Of a stretch of DNA of 64,000 nucleotides, positions 1-9,078 are shown in pieces. Origin of the DNA: an uncultured Acidobacteriota bacterium. GTDB taxonomy: Bacteria > Acidobacteriota > Thermoanaerobaculia > Gp7-AA8. The stretch lies in the NCBI GenBank assembly GCA_963822445.1, contig CAWGHO010000002.1, positions 1,280,001 through 1,344,000 on the forward strand, read 5' to 3'. Under the pieces are notes generated by a model. That model ran no database searches. It was not told the origin of the DNA and worked only from the letters and a program-made list of their open reading frames with translations. The position numbers and the translations under genes were made by a program. Position 1 is the first letter of the stretch; every line of letters starts with the position of its first letter.

Positions 1-549
1 GTGCTGATGTACCGCGCCATTCGCAAAGCGTGGCCGCAACTGGCGACGGTGGAGCAGGACTCGACGCCGTCGTACTTCATCGAGATGTATTACCCGCGCC
101 GCTATGCGGAGCACATCGACGAATATTCGAAAGAACGCAATCTCGATCCGAACCTCGTCCGCGCGCTGATCCTGCAGGAGAGTTACTACAACCCCAAAGC
201 GCGATCCTCGGTCGGCGCCACCGGCCTGATGCAGCTCATGCCGCCGACCGCGAAGGAGCACGCAAGGAAGCTCGGGATCACCTTCGCCACGTCACGACTG
301 GAGAACCCGGAGGTGAATGTCCGCCTCGGCACGTTCCACCTGCGCATGCTGCTCGACATGTTCAAGGGAAACACGTACCTGGCCGTCGCCTCGTACAACG
401 CCGGCCAGGGGAACGTGCTCAAGTGGCGCCGCGCCGCGCCATCGAAGCCGATGGACGAGTTCCTCGAATCGATTCCGTTCTCCGAGACGAGGAACTACGT
501 GAAGCGGGTGACGATGCTCAGGAGCTCGTACGAACGGCTGGCGCTGTAG
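1..549 (+). CDS. Lytic transglycosylase, SLT domain (C-terminal part, 5'-truncated by the window)
   Basis: SLT motifs ALILQES, GATGLMQLMP, ASYNAG and ETRNYV. Confidence 0.92.
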   Translation: MLMYRAIRKAWPQLATVEQDSTPSYFIEMYYPRRYAEHIDEYSKERNLDPNLVRALILQESYYNPKARSSVGATGLMQLMPPTAKEHARKLGITFATSRLENPEVNVRLGTFHLRMLLDMFKGNTYLAVASYNAGQGNVLKWRRAAPSKPMDEFLESIPFSETRNYVKRVTMLRSSYERLAL

Positions 550-555
550 GGCGCT

Positions 556-975
556 CTACTTCTTTCTACTCGCCCGCACGCCTCTCACGCGCAAGGCGCT
601 CGTCAGTTTGCGCGGCCTCCTGATCTCTGGTGCGTCAGCCCTATCGAAACGCGGGACCGCGCCAAGCTCTGCGCTGATCCGCTCGCGCTCGACGTCGAGG
701 TCATGATCCATCTGCAAACCGAGCCAGAATCGCTCGGAGGTTCCAAAGTATCGCGCCAGGCGGAGAGCGGTATCAGCAGTTATGGCGCGTTTGCCGAGAA
801 GGATGTCATTGATGCGCGGGGGAGAAACGCCGATGTCCACGGCGACCCGGTAAGCAGAGAGTCCCATGGGAACGAGAAACTCCTGTTCGAGGATCTCGCC
901 GGGGTGTACCGGTGCGAGCCGGTTGGCCGGCTTCGCCCCGTCAGTGATAGTCAACGATTTCGACGTTGTACGCAT
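556..975 (-). CDS. higA: HigA-family addiction-module antitoxin (HTH), no adjacent toxin
   Basis: PVHPGEILEQEFL...AITADTALRLARYFGTSERFWLGLQ signature. Start placed at ATG 975 inside the longer 556..1485 ORF. Confidence 0.85.
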   Translation of the reverse strand: MRTTSKSLTITDGAKPANRLAPVHPGEILEQEFLVPMGLSAYRVAVDIGVSPPRINDILLGKRAITADTALRLARYFGTSERFWLGLQMDHDLDVERERISAELGAVPRFDRADAPEIRRPRKLTSALRVRGVRASRKK

Positions 976-994
976 GGCCTTCTTGTTGCGGCTT

Positions 995-1072
995 GGAGCG
1001 CAGGCGTCCCGCGCCTGCGCCGGGGGGGCCGGCGGGACGCCGGCGCACCAGCCGCCGGAACGGCGGCGCTCC
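995..1072. repeat. REP-like palindromic element, family A (GCCGGCGGGACGCCGGCGC)
   Basis: Intergenic inverted repeats; the core is shared with 8936-9026. Confidence 0.7.
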
Positions 1073-1076
1073 GCCG

Positions 1077-1664
1077 CTACGTCTTCCACTTGATCGTGCA
1101 ACCGAACGCGCGCGTCTCCGTCAGGGCGACCTCGCGGCCGTCCAGCAACGAGCCCAGCGCGTCGCTCAGACCGGTCGTCTTCCGCTCTTCCGGTTTCGCC
1201 GAATCGTCGACGTAGCCGCGGTAGCGAACGACACCGCCGCCGTCGACGACGAACACATGCGGCGTCACGCGCGCGCCGTACGCGCGGGCGGTCTTGCTGT
1301 CGCCGTCCTTCAGATACGGGAACGGATATCCCTTCTCTTCCGCGCGCGCCTTCATGTTCGCGAGCGTCTCTTCGGCGTACTTCGCGTCGTCGTTCGGGTT
1401 GACGGCGTAGAACGTCACGCCCTTCGGGCCGAAGCGCTTGGCCAGATCCATGATGCGCGTCTCGAACGCCTTCGCGTACGGGCACTGATTGCAGGTGAAG
1501 ACGACCACCTTCAGTCTTCCGTCATCCGCTTTGAGCGTAACGGTTTCGCCGTCGACCGCGTTCACCAGCGAAAACTCCGGTGCCCTCGCGCCAACGGCAA
1601 GCTCCTCCGCGCCGGCGACGGTGGCCAGCATTACCAATGCTCCGATCAACAAATGCTTCTTCAT
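1077..1664 (-). CDS. Secreted thioredoxin-fold (AhpC/TSA-like) redoxin
   Basis: Signal peptide, VGARAPEFSL, CNQCPY (CxxC), TPHVFV, YRGYVDD and GCTIKW. Confidence 0.88.
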   Translation of the reverse strand: MKKHLLIGALVMLATVAGAEELAVGARAPEFSLVNAVDGETVTLKADDGRLKVVVFTCNQCPYAKAFETRIMDLAKRFGPKGVTFYAVNPNDDAKYAEETLANMKARAEEKGYPFPYLKDGDSKTARAYGARVTPHVFVVDGGGVVRYRGYVDDSAKPEERKTTGLSDALGSLLDGREVALTETRAFGCTIKWKT

Positions 1665-2155
1665 CGAGTCCTCCCGAGTAATTTGCGCAACTGCGCAATG
1701 GTCTTGTCGCGATCAATCCGTCCCTGATGGCGCCAGAGCTCTTTCCCGCGCGCGTCGTAGACGATGGTCACCGGCATCTCGCCGGAGAAATTCAGGTACT
1801 CGCCGAGGTCATCGGCGTTGCCGGTGTAGTAGATGTTGGGAAAGGCGATCTTCTGCTTGTCGAGAAACGCCGCGACCTGCGCCGACTTCGCGCCGGGGAT
1901 CATGTCGTCGAGCGACACGCCGGCGAGCATCACCTCGTCGCCGAAGGTCTGATCGATCAGCCGCAGGTCGGGCATCTCCGCGACGCACGGCGCACACCAC
2001 GTCGCCCAGACGTTCACCACGCGCAGCTTCGCGGTCTTCGGGAACACCGCGGCGATCTTCGCCGGCTCTTTCAGCGGACGGAGATCGGCGCCGAGCGCCG
2101 GAAGCGCGAGCAGCGCGCTAAGGGATAAAGCCGCGAATCGTGCGGACTCTCGCAT
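1661..2155 (-). CDS. TlpA-family disulfide reductase
   Basis: NVWATWCAPCVAEMP motif and signal peptide; overlaps the next gene by 4 nt. Confidence 0.88.
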   Translation of the reverse strand: MRESARFAALSLSALLALPALGADLRPLKEPAKIAAVFPKTAKLRVVNVWATWCAPCVAEMPDLRLIDQTFGDEVMLAGVSLDDMIPGAKSAQVAAFLDKQKIAFPNIYYTGNADDLGEYLNFSGEMPVTIVYDARGKELWRHQGRIDRDKTIAQLRKLLGRTR

Positions 2156-3905
2156 CGGGTTTGTCGACCTTCACTTCAATGGTTCGGTACGCGGTGTCGT
2201 TCTTCGAGCTCTCGGTGCGATACGTCAGAAGGTATTGCGAGCGGAGATCGGCTTCGAGTTTTCTGTACGTCTCGGGAAGCTGTTTCACGTTTCCGATGAT
2301 GTACGCGACGCCGCCCGTCTCGGCCGCCAGCGATTTCATCCGGCCTGCGCCGCCGAAATCACCGAACGTGAATCCGATTCCGATGAAGTAAAGCGGCACG
2401 CGCGACGCCCGCGCGTAGCCGAGCATGTCGTCGTACGAAAGCCGCGAGGACGTGTCTTCGCCGTCGGTGATGACGACCAGCGCCTTGCGGCCCTGCACGG
2501 TTCGGAAGCGATAGAGCCCGGTGACGATCGCGTCGTACAGCGCGGTCGCGCCGGCCGGGTCGGCGATCGCCTTCACTTGCTCCTCGAGAATGCCGGCGTC
2601 GTTCACGAACGGCGTGCTTCTCTCCGGGCCGCTCGAGAAACCGGCGATGAACGCGCGATCGCTCTTGCGGACGATGCTCCGGAAGAACTCCGCCGCGGCT
2701 TCCTTCGCCGTCTCCATCCGCTCCTTCATGCTGCCGGAGTGGTCGAGCAGCACGCCGAGGGTCAGCGGAAGATTCGCGGCGAAATTGAAATCGGAAATGG
2801 GCTTCGGCTTGCCGCTCTCGAAGATCTTGAAGTTCTCGCGTTTCAGATCGGGAACAGGCATTCCGCCGGCGTCGGTGACGATGACCGGCAGCTCGACGAC
2901 GTTCACTTCGATCTCTTCGATGTAACGGTCGCCGCTGAGGAACATCAGATCGCTGGCTTCGTAGCCCGTTGAATCGATGACCGAGGCGCGAACGAACTCG
3001 AAGCCCTGCAGCCGCGAGGTGGGGATGTCGAACGCGTACGGCGGCCGCGCCCAGGAATGCAGTTTCTTGTCGCCGGCGAAGAGCTCCGCGGAGGTGATGA
3101 GCGTGTTCTTCGGATTCATCACGCTGAGCTTGAAGCGGGAGAGTCCGTCCGGCGTGACCGTGCGGGTGATCTTCACTTCCAGCGGCGTCTCGCGCTCGTT
3201 GACGACGAACGCGTCGGCATCGACGTAACGCCCCTGCGCGTCGTAGCCGACGGCCCGCACCTCGACACGCTTCGGCAGCTTGCCGAGGTCGAGCTCCGCC
3301 GTGTAAGGCGGTGCGTTGCGGGCCATGATTTTCTTGCCTTCGACCCAGAACTCGACGCGCTTGACCGGCGCCAGCGTTTCGACTTCGACGATGAAGAGGT
3401 TGATCGCGACGTCGCGCCGCGGCGGACGGATCTTCACCGCGCCGGGAACATCCGGAACCGCCCCTTCGGCAAGCATCGCCTCGGCGCCATCCTCGGCGCT
3501 GGCAACGTAGACCGTGTTCGTCTTCGCGACGGTGTAGGTGTCGATGGTCTTTCCGAGCAGCAGCGGCGTCGTGTCCTCGGTCTCGGCGATCAGCCGCGTT
3601 TCGACCTCGATCGGTCCTTCCTGAAAAGCCTGCACGGTGCTCATCGCGCCGCCGTGGTCCGTGACCACGACGTATCGGAAATTGCGTACGACCTGGCCGC
3701 CCTGCATCAGCGATCCCTGCAGGACCATCGCACTTCCCTGCATCACCTCGGGCGGCAGGGCGAAGCGGAAAGAGATCCGCACGACCACGCCGGCGTCGCT
3801 GTCGCCGAGTGGGGTGAAGCTGACGCTGACCGGCTTGTTGTCCTCAGCCGCCGCAAACGGCGCGAGAAACATGACGAGCACAACCGGGAGCAGCCGTTTC
3901 AGCAT
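2118..3905 (-). CDS. Secreted VWA-domain protein with Ig-like N-terminal region
   Basis: Signal peptide MLKRLLPVV...AAA; MIDAS motif DHSGS, TALYDAI, VITDGED and AETGG. Confidence 0.85.
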   Translation of the reverse strand: MLKRLLPVVLVMFLAPFAAAEDNKPVSVSFTPLGDSDAGVVVRISFRFALPPEVMQGSAMVLQGSLMQGGQVVRNFRYVVVTDHGGAMSTVQAFQEGPIEVETRLIAETEDTTPLLLGKTIDTYTVAKTNTVYVASAEDGAEAMLAEGAVPDVPGAVKIRPPRRDVAINLFIVEVETLAPVKRVEFWVEGKKIMARNAPPYTAELDLGKLPKRVEVRAVGYDAQGRYVDADAFVVNERETPLEVKITRTVTPDGLSRFKLSVMNPKNTLITSAELFAGDKKLHSWARPPYAFDIPTSRLQGFEFVRASVIDSTGYEASDLMFLSGDRYIEEIEVNVVELPVIVTDAGGMPVPDLKRENFKIFESGKPKPISDFNFAANLPLTLGVLLDHSGSMKERMETAKEAAAEFFRSIVRKSDRAFIAGFSSGPERSTPFVNDAGILEEQVKAIADPAGATALYDAIVTGLYRFRTVQGRKALVVITDGEDTSSRLSYDDMLGYARASRVPLYFIGIGFTFGDFGGAGRMKSLAAETGGVAYIIGNVKQLPETYRKLEADLRSQYLLTYRTESSKNDTAYRTIEVKVDKPDARVRTIRGFIP

Positions 3906-3990
3906 GGGTAAGAGAAGCGAGCATAAGGGCACGGCATTTCGTCAGCCGTTTCAAAACACCAAATGCTGCGGGCGTACAATCTGCGCCCTC

Positions 3991-4656
3991 ATGACCACGG
4001 CCCTTCGTTACCGGGCGGTGTTGTTCGATCTCGACGGCACACTCGTCGACTCCTATACCGCGCTCGCGGAAGCGGTGAATCACGCGCGGCGGACGCACGG
4101 ACTGCATGACCTGAGCTCCGCGCGCATCCGCGAGTTCGTGGGAGACGGCATCGAGCGTCTGCTTCAGCGCGCGTTCGAGCGCACCGATGTCCCCCGGTCG
4201 GTTCTGACGGCGTTCGAGTCGCGCTACGACGAGGTCTGCTGCGGTGAATCGAAGGTGCTGGCCGACGTCGAAGCCACGCTCGAGTCCCTCGCCGAGCTCG
4301 GCGTCCGGATGGCCGTCTGCACGAACAAGCCGACGATTTTCTCGAAGAAAATCCTCGATTTTCTCGGACTTTCACGCCACCTGCGATCGATCGTCGGCCC
4401 CGATCTCGCCGGAGCCCGGAAGCCGGAAGCGAAGCATCTTCTCTACACGCTCGACACGGTGGATTGCGCGCCAGCCGAGGCGCTGTTCGTCGGCGACATG
4501 CCCATCGACGTTCGCACGGCCCGGAACAGCGGCATCGACATCGCCGTCGTCCCCACCGGCTCCTCGACGCGCGAACAACTCGTGGCCTCGGAGCCCGATC
4601 ATTTTCTGGAGCGGTTCGGGGATCTGGTGAAGATCGTGCGCCGGGAAGCGGCGTGA
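3991..4656 (+). CDS. HAD-family hydrolase (phosphoglycolate phosphatase-like)
   Basis: FDLDGTLVDS, CTNKP, KP and FVGD motifs; TACAAT 10 nt upstream. Confidence 0.88.
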   Translation: MTTALRYRAVLFDLDGTLVDSYTALAEAVNHARRTHGLHDLSSARIREFVGDGIERLLQRAFERTDVPRSVLTAFESRYDEVCCGESKVLADVEATLESLAELGVRMAVCTNKPTIFSKKILDFLGLSRHLRSIVGPDLAGARKPEAKHLLYTLDTVDCAPAEALFVGDMPIDVRTARNSGIDIAVVPTGSSTREQLVASEPDHFLERFGDLVKIVRREAA

Positions 4657-5294
4657 GAGCGAAATACCGCTTCGTCTTCTTCGACGTCGACTCCACGCTC
4701 GTCACCATCGAGGGGATCGACGTGCTCGCGCGAGGGAACCCTGAGATCGTGCGGCTCACCGAGGCGGCCATGAACGGGGAGATCCCGCTCGACGAGGTCT
4801 ACGGGCGGCGGCTGGAGATCATCAGGCCGACGCGCGAGGAGATCGAAGCGCTCGGCGCGCAGTACGTCGCCTCAATGGTCGATGGTGCCGAAGAGACGAT
4901 CTCGACCTTGCGCGAGGCCGGTGCGCATATCCATCTCGTCACGGCCGGCGTGGCGCAGGCCATCGCCCCGCTCGCAGAACGTCTGGGCATCCGCAGAGTG
5001 CATGCGGTTCCGCTGCAGTTCGATGCGGACGGCCGATACGCGGGCTTCGATCGGACCTGTCTGCTGGCCCGCTCCGGAGGCAAAGAGCTTGTGGTGCGCG
5101 ACGTGCTCTCACGATCGAAAGGAACATCCGCATTCGTGGGCGACGGCGTGACCGATCTCGAGGCCAAACCGGTCGTCGATCTCTTCATCGGCTTCGGAGG
5201 AGTTCACGAGCGGGCGAGAGTCAGGGACAATGCAGAGGTGTACGTGACCGAGCCGACATTGAGGGCCGTGTTGCCGTACCTCATCGAATCATGA
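4653..5294 (+). CDS. serB: Phosphoserine phosphatase (HAD-IB)
   Basis: FFDVDSTLV, TEAAMNGE and FVGDGVTD motifs; GTG start overlaps the upstream TGA; lies in an operon with serA. Confidence 0.8.
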   Translation: MRAKYRFVFFDVDSTLVTIEGIDVLARGNPEIVRLTEAAMNGEIPLDEVYGRRLEIIRPTREEIEALGAQYVASMVDGAEETISTLREAGAHIHLVTAGVAQAIAPLAERLGIRRVHAVPLQFDADGRYAGFDRTCLLARSGGKELVVRDVLSRSKGTSAFVGDGVTDLEAKPVVDLFIGFGGVHERARVRDNAEVYVTEPTLRAVLPYLIES

Positions 5295-6365
5295 CCGCAA
5301 AATTTTTCGTCCCCGGCCCCACCTGGGTTCGCCCCGAGATTTTGAGCGAGCTGACCCGGCCGATGATCGGCCACCGCAGCGTCGAGTTCAAAGAGCTCTT
5401 CCGGCGGATCAACGGCGATCTGAAAACGCTCTTCGACACCGGCCAGCCGACGTTCGTCATGACCTGCTCGGGCACCGGCGTGATGGAGGCGGCGCTGCAG
5501 AACTGCGTCGCGCGGCGGGTCCTCGTTACGACCTGCGGCGCCTTCAGCGAGCGCTGGTACAACATCGCCGAGTCCCTCGGCTACGAGGTCGATCGCCTCG
5601 ACGCCGGCTGGGGCAACGTCGTCGACCCCCAGGCGCTGGCCGATCATCTCGCCCGTCATCAGCGCGCGCATTACGACGCTGTCACGATCACGCACAACGA
5701 AACCTCGACCGGCGTGACCAACGACGTGGCCGCGCTGACCGCTGTCGTTCGCGAGGAAGCGCCCGACGCGCTCGTCCTCGTCGACTCGGTCTCCTCACTC
5801 GGCGGCGTTCCGGTGCAGTTCGACGCGTGGAACATCGACGTCTGTTTCGCGAGCGTACAGAAATGCATCGCCCTGCCGCCGGGCATCAGCGTCGTGGCCG
5901 TTTCGAATGCGGCGCTCGCCCGCGCGAAGAAACATCCCTACCGCGGCACGTACTTCGACTTCATCGCCTACAAAGACAAAGCCGATGAGGACAGCGTGCC
6001 GTCGACGCCGTCCGTTCCGCACTTTTACGCACTGGCCGCGCAGCTCGAGCACATCGTGCGCGGCGAAGGGCTGCAAGCGCGTTTCGCACGCCACGCGCGC
6101 ATGCGCGAGCTGGTCCACGAGCGTACGGCGAACTTCGCGCGGCTCGCGTCGAATCGCGAATTCGCGTCGGCGACCGTGACCGCGCTCTCGCCGGTGCTTC
6201 CACCCGAAAAAATCCGCGACGACATGAAGAAGCGCGGCTACACGCTGGGCGGCGGCTATGGCGTGTGGAAGGACAGCACGTTCCGCATCGGGCACATGGG
6301 GGACATCTCCCCTCGCCGACCTCGAGGCGATGCTCGCGGAGCTCGCCGAGGTGGCTCGCGGATGA
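5291..6365 (+). CDS. Class V PLP aminotransferase (probable SerC-role enzyme); +1 insertion near 6310
   Basis: PGP, HNETSTG, DSVSS, SVQKC and FRIGHMG motifs. Removing one C from 6309-6312 gives ...ISLADLEAMLAELAEVARG* ending at TGA 6363-6365. Confidence 0.82.
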
Positions 6366-7948
6366 CCAAACACCGCGTGCTGGTGACGGACACCCTCGCC
6401 GATTCCGGGCTGGAGATTCTCCGCGCCGCGGATGACGTCGAGCTGGATTACCGCGCTGGACTCAAAGGCGAAGACCTCCTGCGCGCGGTCCGTGAATCGG
6501 ACGCGCTCATCACCCGCAGCGGCACGGCGGTCACGCCGGAGCTGGTGAACGCCGGAACGCGCTTGCGGATCGTCGGACGCGCCGGCGTAGGTCTCGATAA
6601 CGTCGACGTCGATGCCGCGACGACGCGTGGGATCCTGGTCATCAACGCGCCGACGGCCAACATCATGTCGGCCACCGAGCACACGATGGCCATGCTCCTG
6701 GCGCTGTGCCGCAACATCCCCGAGGCTCATGCGAGCGTGAAGCGCGGCGAGTGGACGCGCTCGAAGTTCATGGGCATCGAGCTGAACGGCAAGACCCTCG
6801 GCATCATCGGTCTGGGCCGCATCGGCACACGCGTCACCGTGCGCGCCCGCGCGTTCGGCATGACCGTCATCGCTTACGACCCGTACGTCACCGATGCGGC
6901 CTTCGAGAAAGTCGGCGCGGAGAAAGTGTCGCTGGAGCGGCTGCTCGAGCAGGCGGACATCATCACCGTGCACACGCCGTCGACGGATGAGACGCGGGGA
7001 ATGATCGGTGCGCGTGAGATCGAGCGGATGAAGGACGGCGTGATCGTCCTCAACATCGCCCGCGGCGGAATCTACGACGAACAGGCTCTCGCCGATGGAC
7101 TGAACAGCGGCAAGATCGCTGGCGCGGCTGTCGATGTGTACGAGGCCGAACCGCCGGCGAAAGATCATCCGCTGCTGACGGCGAAAAACATCATCCTCTC
7201 GCCGCACATCGGCGCGAACACCATCGAAGCGCAGGACCGCGTGGCCGTCCAGACTGCGGAGATGGTGATCGAGGCCTTGCGCGGCTCGATTTTCGTGTCG
7301 GCGGTGAACCTTCCGTTCGAGGGAGTATCGGATGCCGACGCCGCGCCGCTGATCCGCATGGCCGAGAAGCTCGGCCTGTTCGCCGCGCAAACGATCGGCG
7401 GCGCCGTCGATCGCGCGGCGATCGAGCTGTGGGGCATTGAAGAGCGTTTGACGAAGATCGTTTCCGTGGCCGCGCTCAAGGGCCTGCTCACGCCGCATCT
7501 GTCGGAGTCGGTGAACTTCGTGAACGCCGAGCAGATCGCGCAGACGCGCGGCATCGCCATCAGCTCCACCACCCATCCGGTGCCGCGCGATTACGCGAAC
7601 CTCATCACCTTCCGCGTCTCATCGGCGACGGAAGAGATGTGCGTGTCGGGCACGGTGTTCCACGAGAAGAACCAGCGCATCGTGTCGGTGAACAGCTTCC
7701 GGGTGGAGTTCAAGCCGGAAGGGCATCTGATCTACATCATCAATCGCGACGTTCCCGGAGTCGTCGGCAAAGTCGGCACGCTCCTCGGCGACCGCGAGAT
7801 CAACATCGCCGAGTACAACCTCGCGCGCAGCGGCAGCGGCGGCCGCGCGATGGCCATCATCACCGTCGACTCGCCGCTCGATCCGGATACGCTCAGCTTT
7901 CTGCGGTCGTACCGGGAGATGATCGAGGTCCGACAGGTGAAACTCTGA
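6362..7948 (+). CDS. serA: D-3-phosphoglycerate dehydrogenase with C-terminal ACT domain
   Basis: GRAGVGLDNVD, GLGRIG, NIARGG and PHIGA motifs plus ACT domain (NRDVPGVVG); ATGA overlap with the upstream gene. Confidence 0.95.
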   Translation: MTKHRVLVTDTLADSGLEILRAADDVELDYRAGLKGEDLLRAVRESDALITRSGTAVTPELVNAGTRLRIVGRAGVGLDNVDVDAATTRGILVINAPTANIMSATEHTMAMLLALCRNIPEAHASVKRGEWTRSKFMGIELNGKTLGIIGLGRIGTRVTVRARAFGMTVIAYDPYVTDAAFEKVGAEKVSLERLLEQADIITVHTPSTDETRGMIGAREIERMKDGVIVLNIARGGIYDEQALADGLNSGKIAGAAVDVYEAEPPAKDHPLLTAKNIILSPHIGANTIEAQDRVAVQTAEMVIEALRGSIFVSAVNLPFEGVSDADAAPLIRMAEKLGLFAAQTIGGAVDRAAIELWGIEERLTKIVSVAALKGLLTPHLSESVNFVNAEQIAQTRGIAISSTTHPVPRDYANLITFRVSSATEEMCVSGTVFHEKNQRIVSVNSFRVEFKPEGHLIYIINRDVPGVVGKVGTLLGDREINIAEYNLARSGSGGRAMAIITVDSPLDPDTLSFLRSYREMIEVRQVKL

Positions 7949-8935
7949 ATGCACTACCGCAAGCTCGGCAACACGAACATCAGCGTCTCCGAGATCGGCT
8001 TCGGTGGCTGGGCCATCGGCGGACTGGCGGACGCCGCGGGAACGCCGCTCGGATGGGGACGGACCAGCGATGACGAGTCGCTTGCCGCGATCCGGCGGGC
8101 GCGCGAGTTGGGTGTCACGTTCTTCGACACCGCCGACTCGTACGGATTCGGCCGCAGTGAGTCGCTTCTCGGGATCGTGTTGTCGCGGCATCGCAACGAC
8201 GTCGTCATCGCGACGAAAGTCGGCGTTGCGCGCGACACGAACGGGAAAGTGCAGAAGGACTTTTCGCGCAAACACATCTCCCATGCCGTCGACGGCTCGC
8301 TGAAGCGTCTGCGCACGGACTACATCGATCTCTATCAGCTGCACAATCCGACGCTCGATGAACTGAAGCGCGACGATCTGCACGAGGCCATGGACCGGCT
8401 GCAGGAAGTCGGAAAGATCCGTTTCTGGGGTGTGTCGGTGACGACGCCCGAGGAAGGGATCGAGATCGTCAATCGCGGCTGGGGTTATGCGCTGCAGGTG
8501 CTCTACAACGTGCTCAATCAGGCGCCGGCGCAGGAGCTCTTTCCGCTGGCGAAGGAAAAGGGCTACGGCATCATCGCGCGCGTGCCGCTCGCGTCAGGAT
8601 TGCTGACCGGCAAGTACAGGCCCGACACCGTGTTCGCGCAGACCGACGTGCGCCAGAACTTCCTCACGCCGAAACGGCTCGAGGAAGCGATCGCGCGCGT
8701 GGATGAAGCGCGCTCGATCATCGGCGGGACCGCGCGTTCGCTTGCCGAGGGTGCATTGCGTTTCGTGCTGGCGAACGATGCTGTGTCGACGGTGATCCCC
8801 GGCGCGAAGAACGTGCGCCAGGTGGAGATGAACGTGGCCGCGGATGAAGTGCGGATCCCGCAGGAGGTCGTCGAAAAGCTCCAGCAGCGGCTCGGCGATT
8901 ACAACTTCTACCATCGGCACGGCATACGGATCTGA
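7949..8935 (+). CDS. Aldo/keto reductase
   Basis: SEIGFGGW, FDTADSYG, IATK and SLKRLRTDYIDLYQLH motifs. Confidence 0.93.
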   Translation: MHYRKLGNTNISVSEIGFGGWAIGGLADAAGTPLGWGRTSDDESLAAIRRARELGVTFFDTADSYGFGRSESLLGIVLSRHRNDVVIATKVGVARDTNGKVQKDFSRKHISHAVDGSLKRLRTDYIDLYQLHNPTLDELKRDDLHEAMDRLQEVGKIRFWGVSVTTPEEGIEIVNRGWGYALQVLYNVLNQAPAQELFPLAKEKGYGIIARVPLASGLLTGKYRPDTVFAQTDVRQNFLTPKRLEEAIARVDEARSIIGGTARSLAEGALRFVLANDAVSTVIPGAKNVRQVEMNVAADEVRIPQEVVEKLQQRLGDYNFYHRHGIRI

Positions 8936-9026
8936 GCCGGCGGGACGCCGGCGCAACAGCCGGCGAAGACGCCAGCGCTCCGGAGCGCCGCCGGCCCGGC
9001 GGCTGTACCGCCGGCGTCCCGCCGGC
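8936..9026. repeat. REP-like palindromic element, family A
   Basis: GCCGGCGGGACGCCGGCG ... CGCCGGCGTCCCGCCGGC terminal inverted repeat between convergent genes. Confidence 0.72.
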
Positions 9027-9056
9027 AAAAAAACGGGGCGCCGAAGCGCCCCGTTT
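9027..9056 (-). terminator. Rho-independent terminator of the M6 protease gene
   Basis: Minus strand reads AAACGGGGCGC-TTCG-GCGCCCCGTTTTTTT. Confidence 0.85.
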
Positions 9057-9078
9057 CTCGTACTGCGATAACTGCGTT

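Noticed and set aside
556-1485. 309 aa ORF as a long HigA fusion
   Set aside because: The N-terminal 170 codons overlap the redoxin gene in another frame and run through a REP element; only 556-975 is credible.
5291-7948. Apparent 885 aa aminotransferase-SerA fusion
   Set aside because: The junction peptide is out-of-frame nonsense. Removing one C at 6309-6312 restores a normal C-terminal helix and a TGA overlapping the serA ATG, so this is most likely an indel error.
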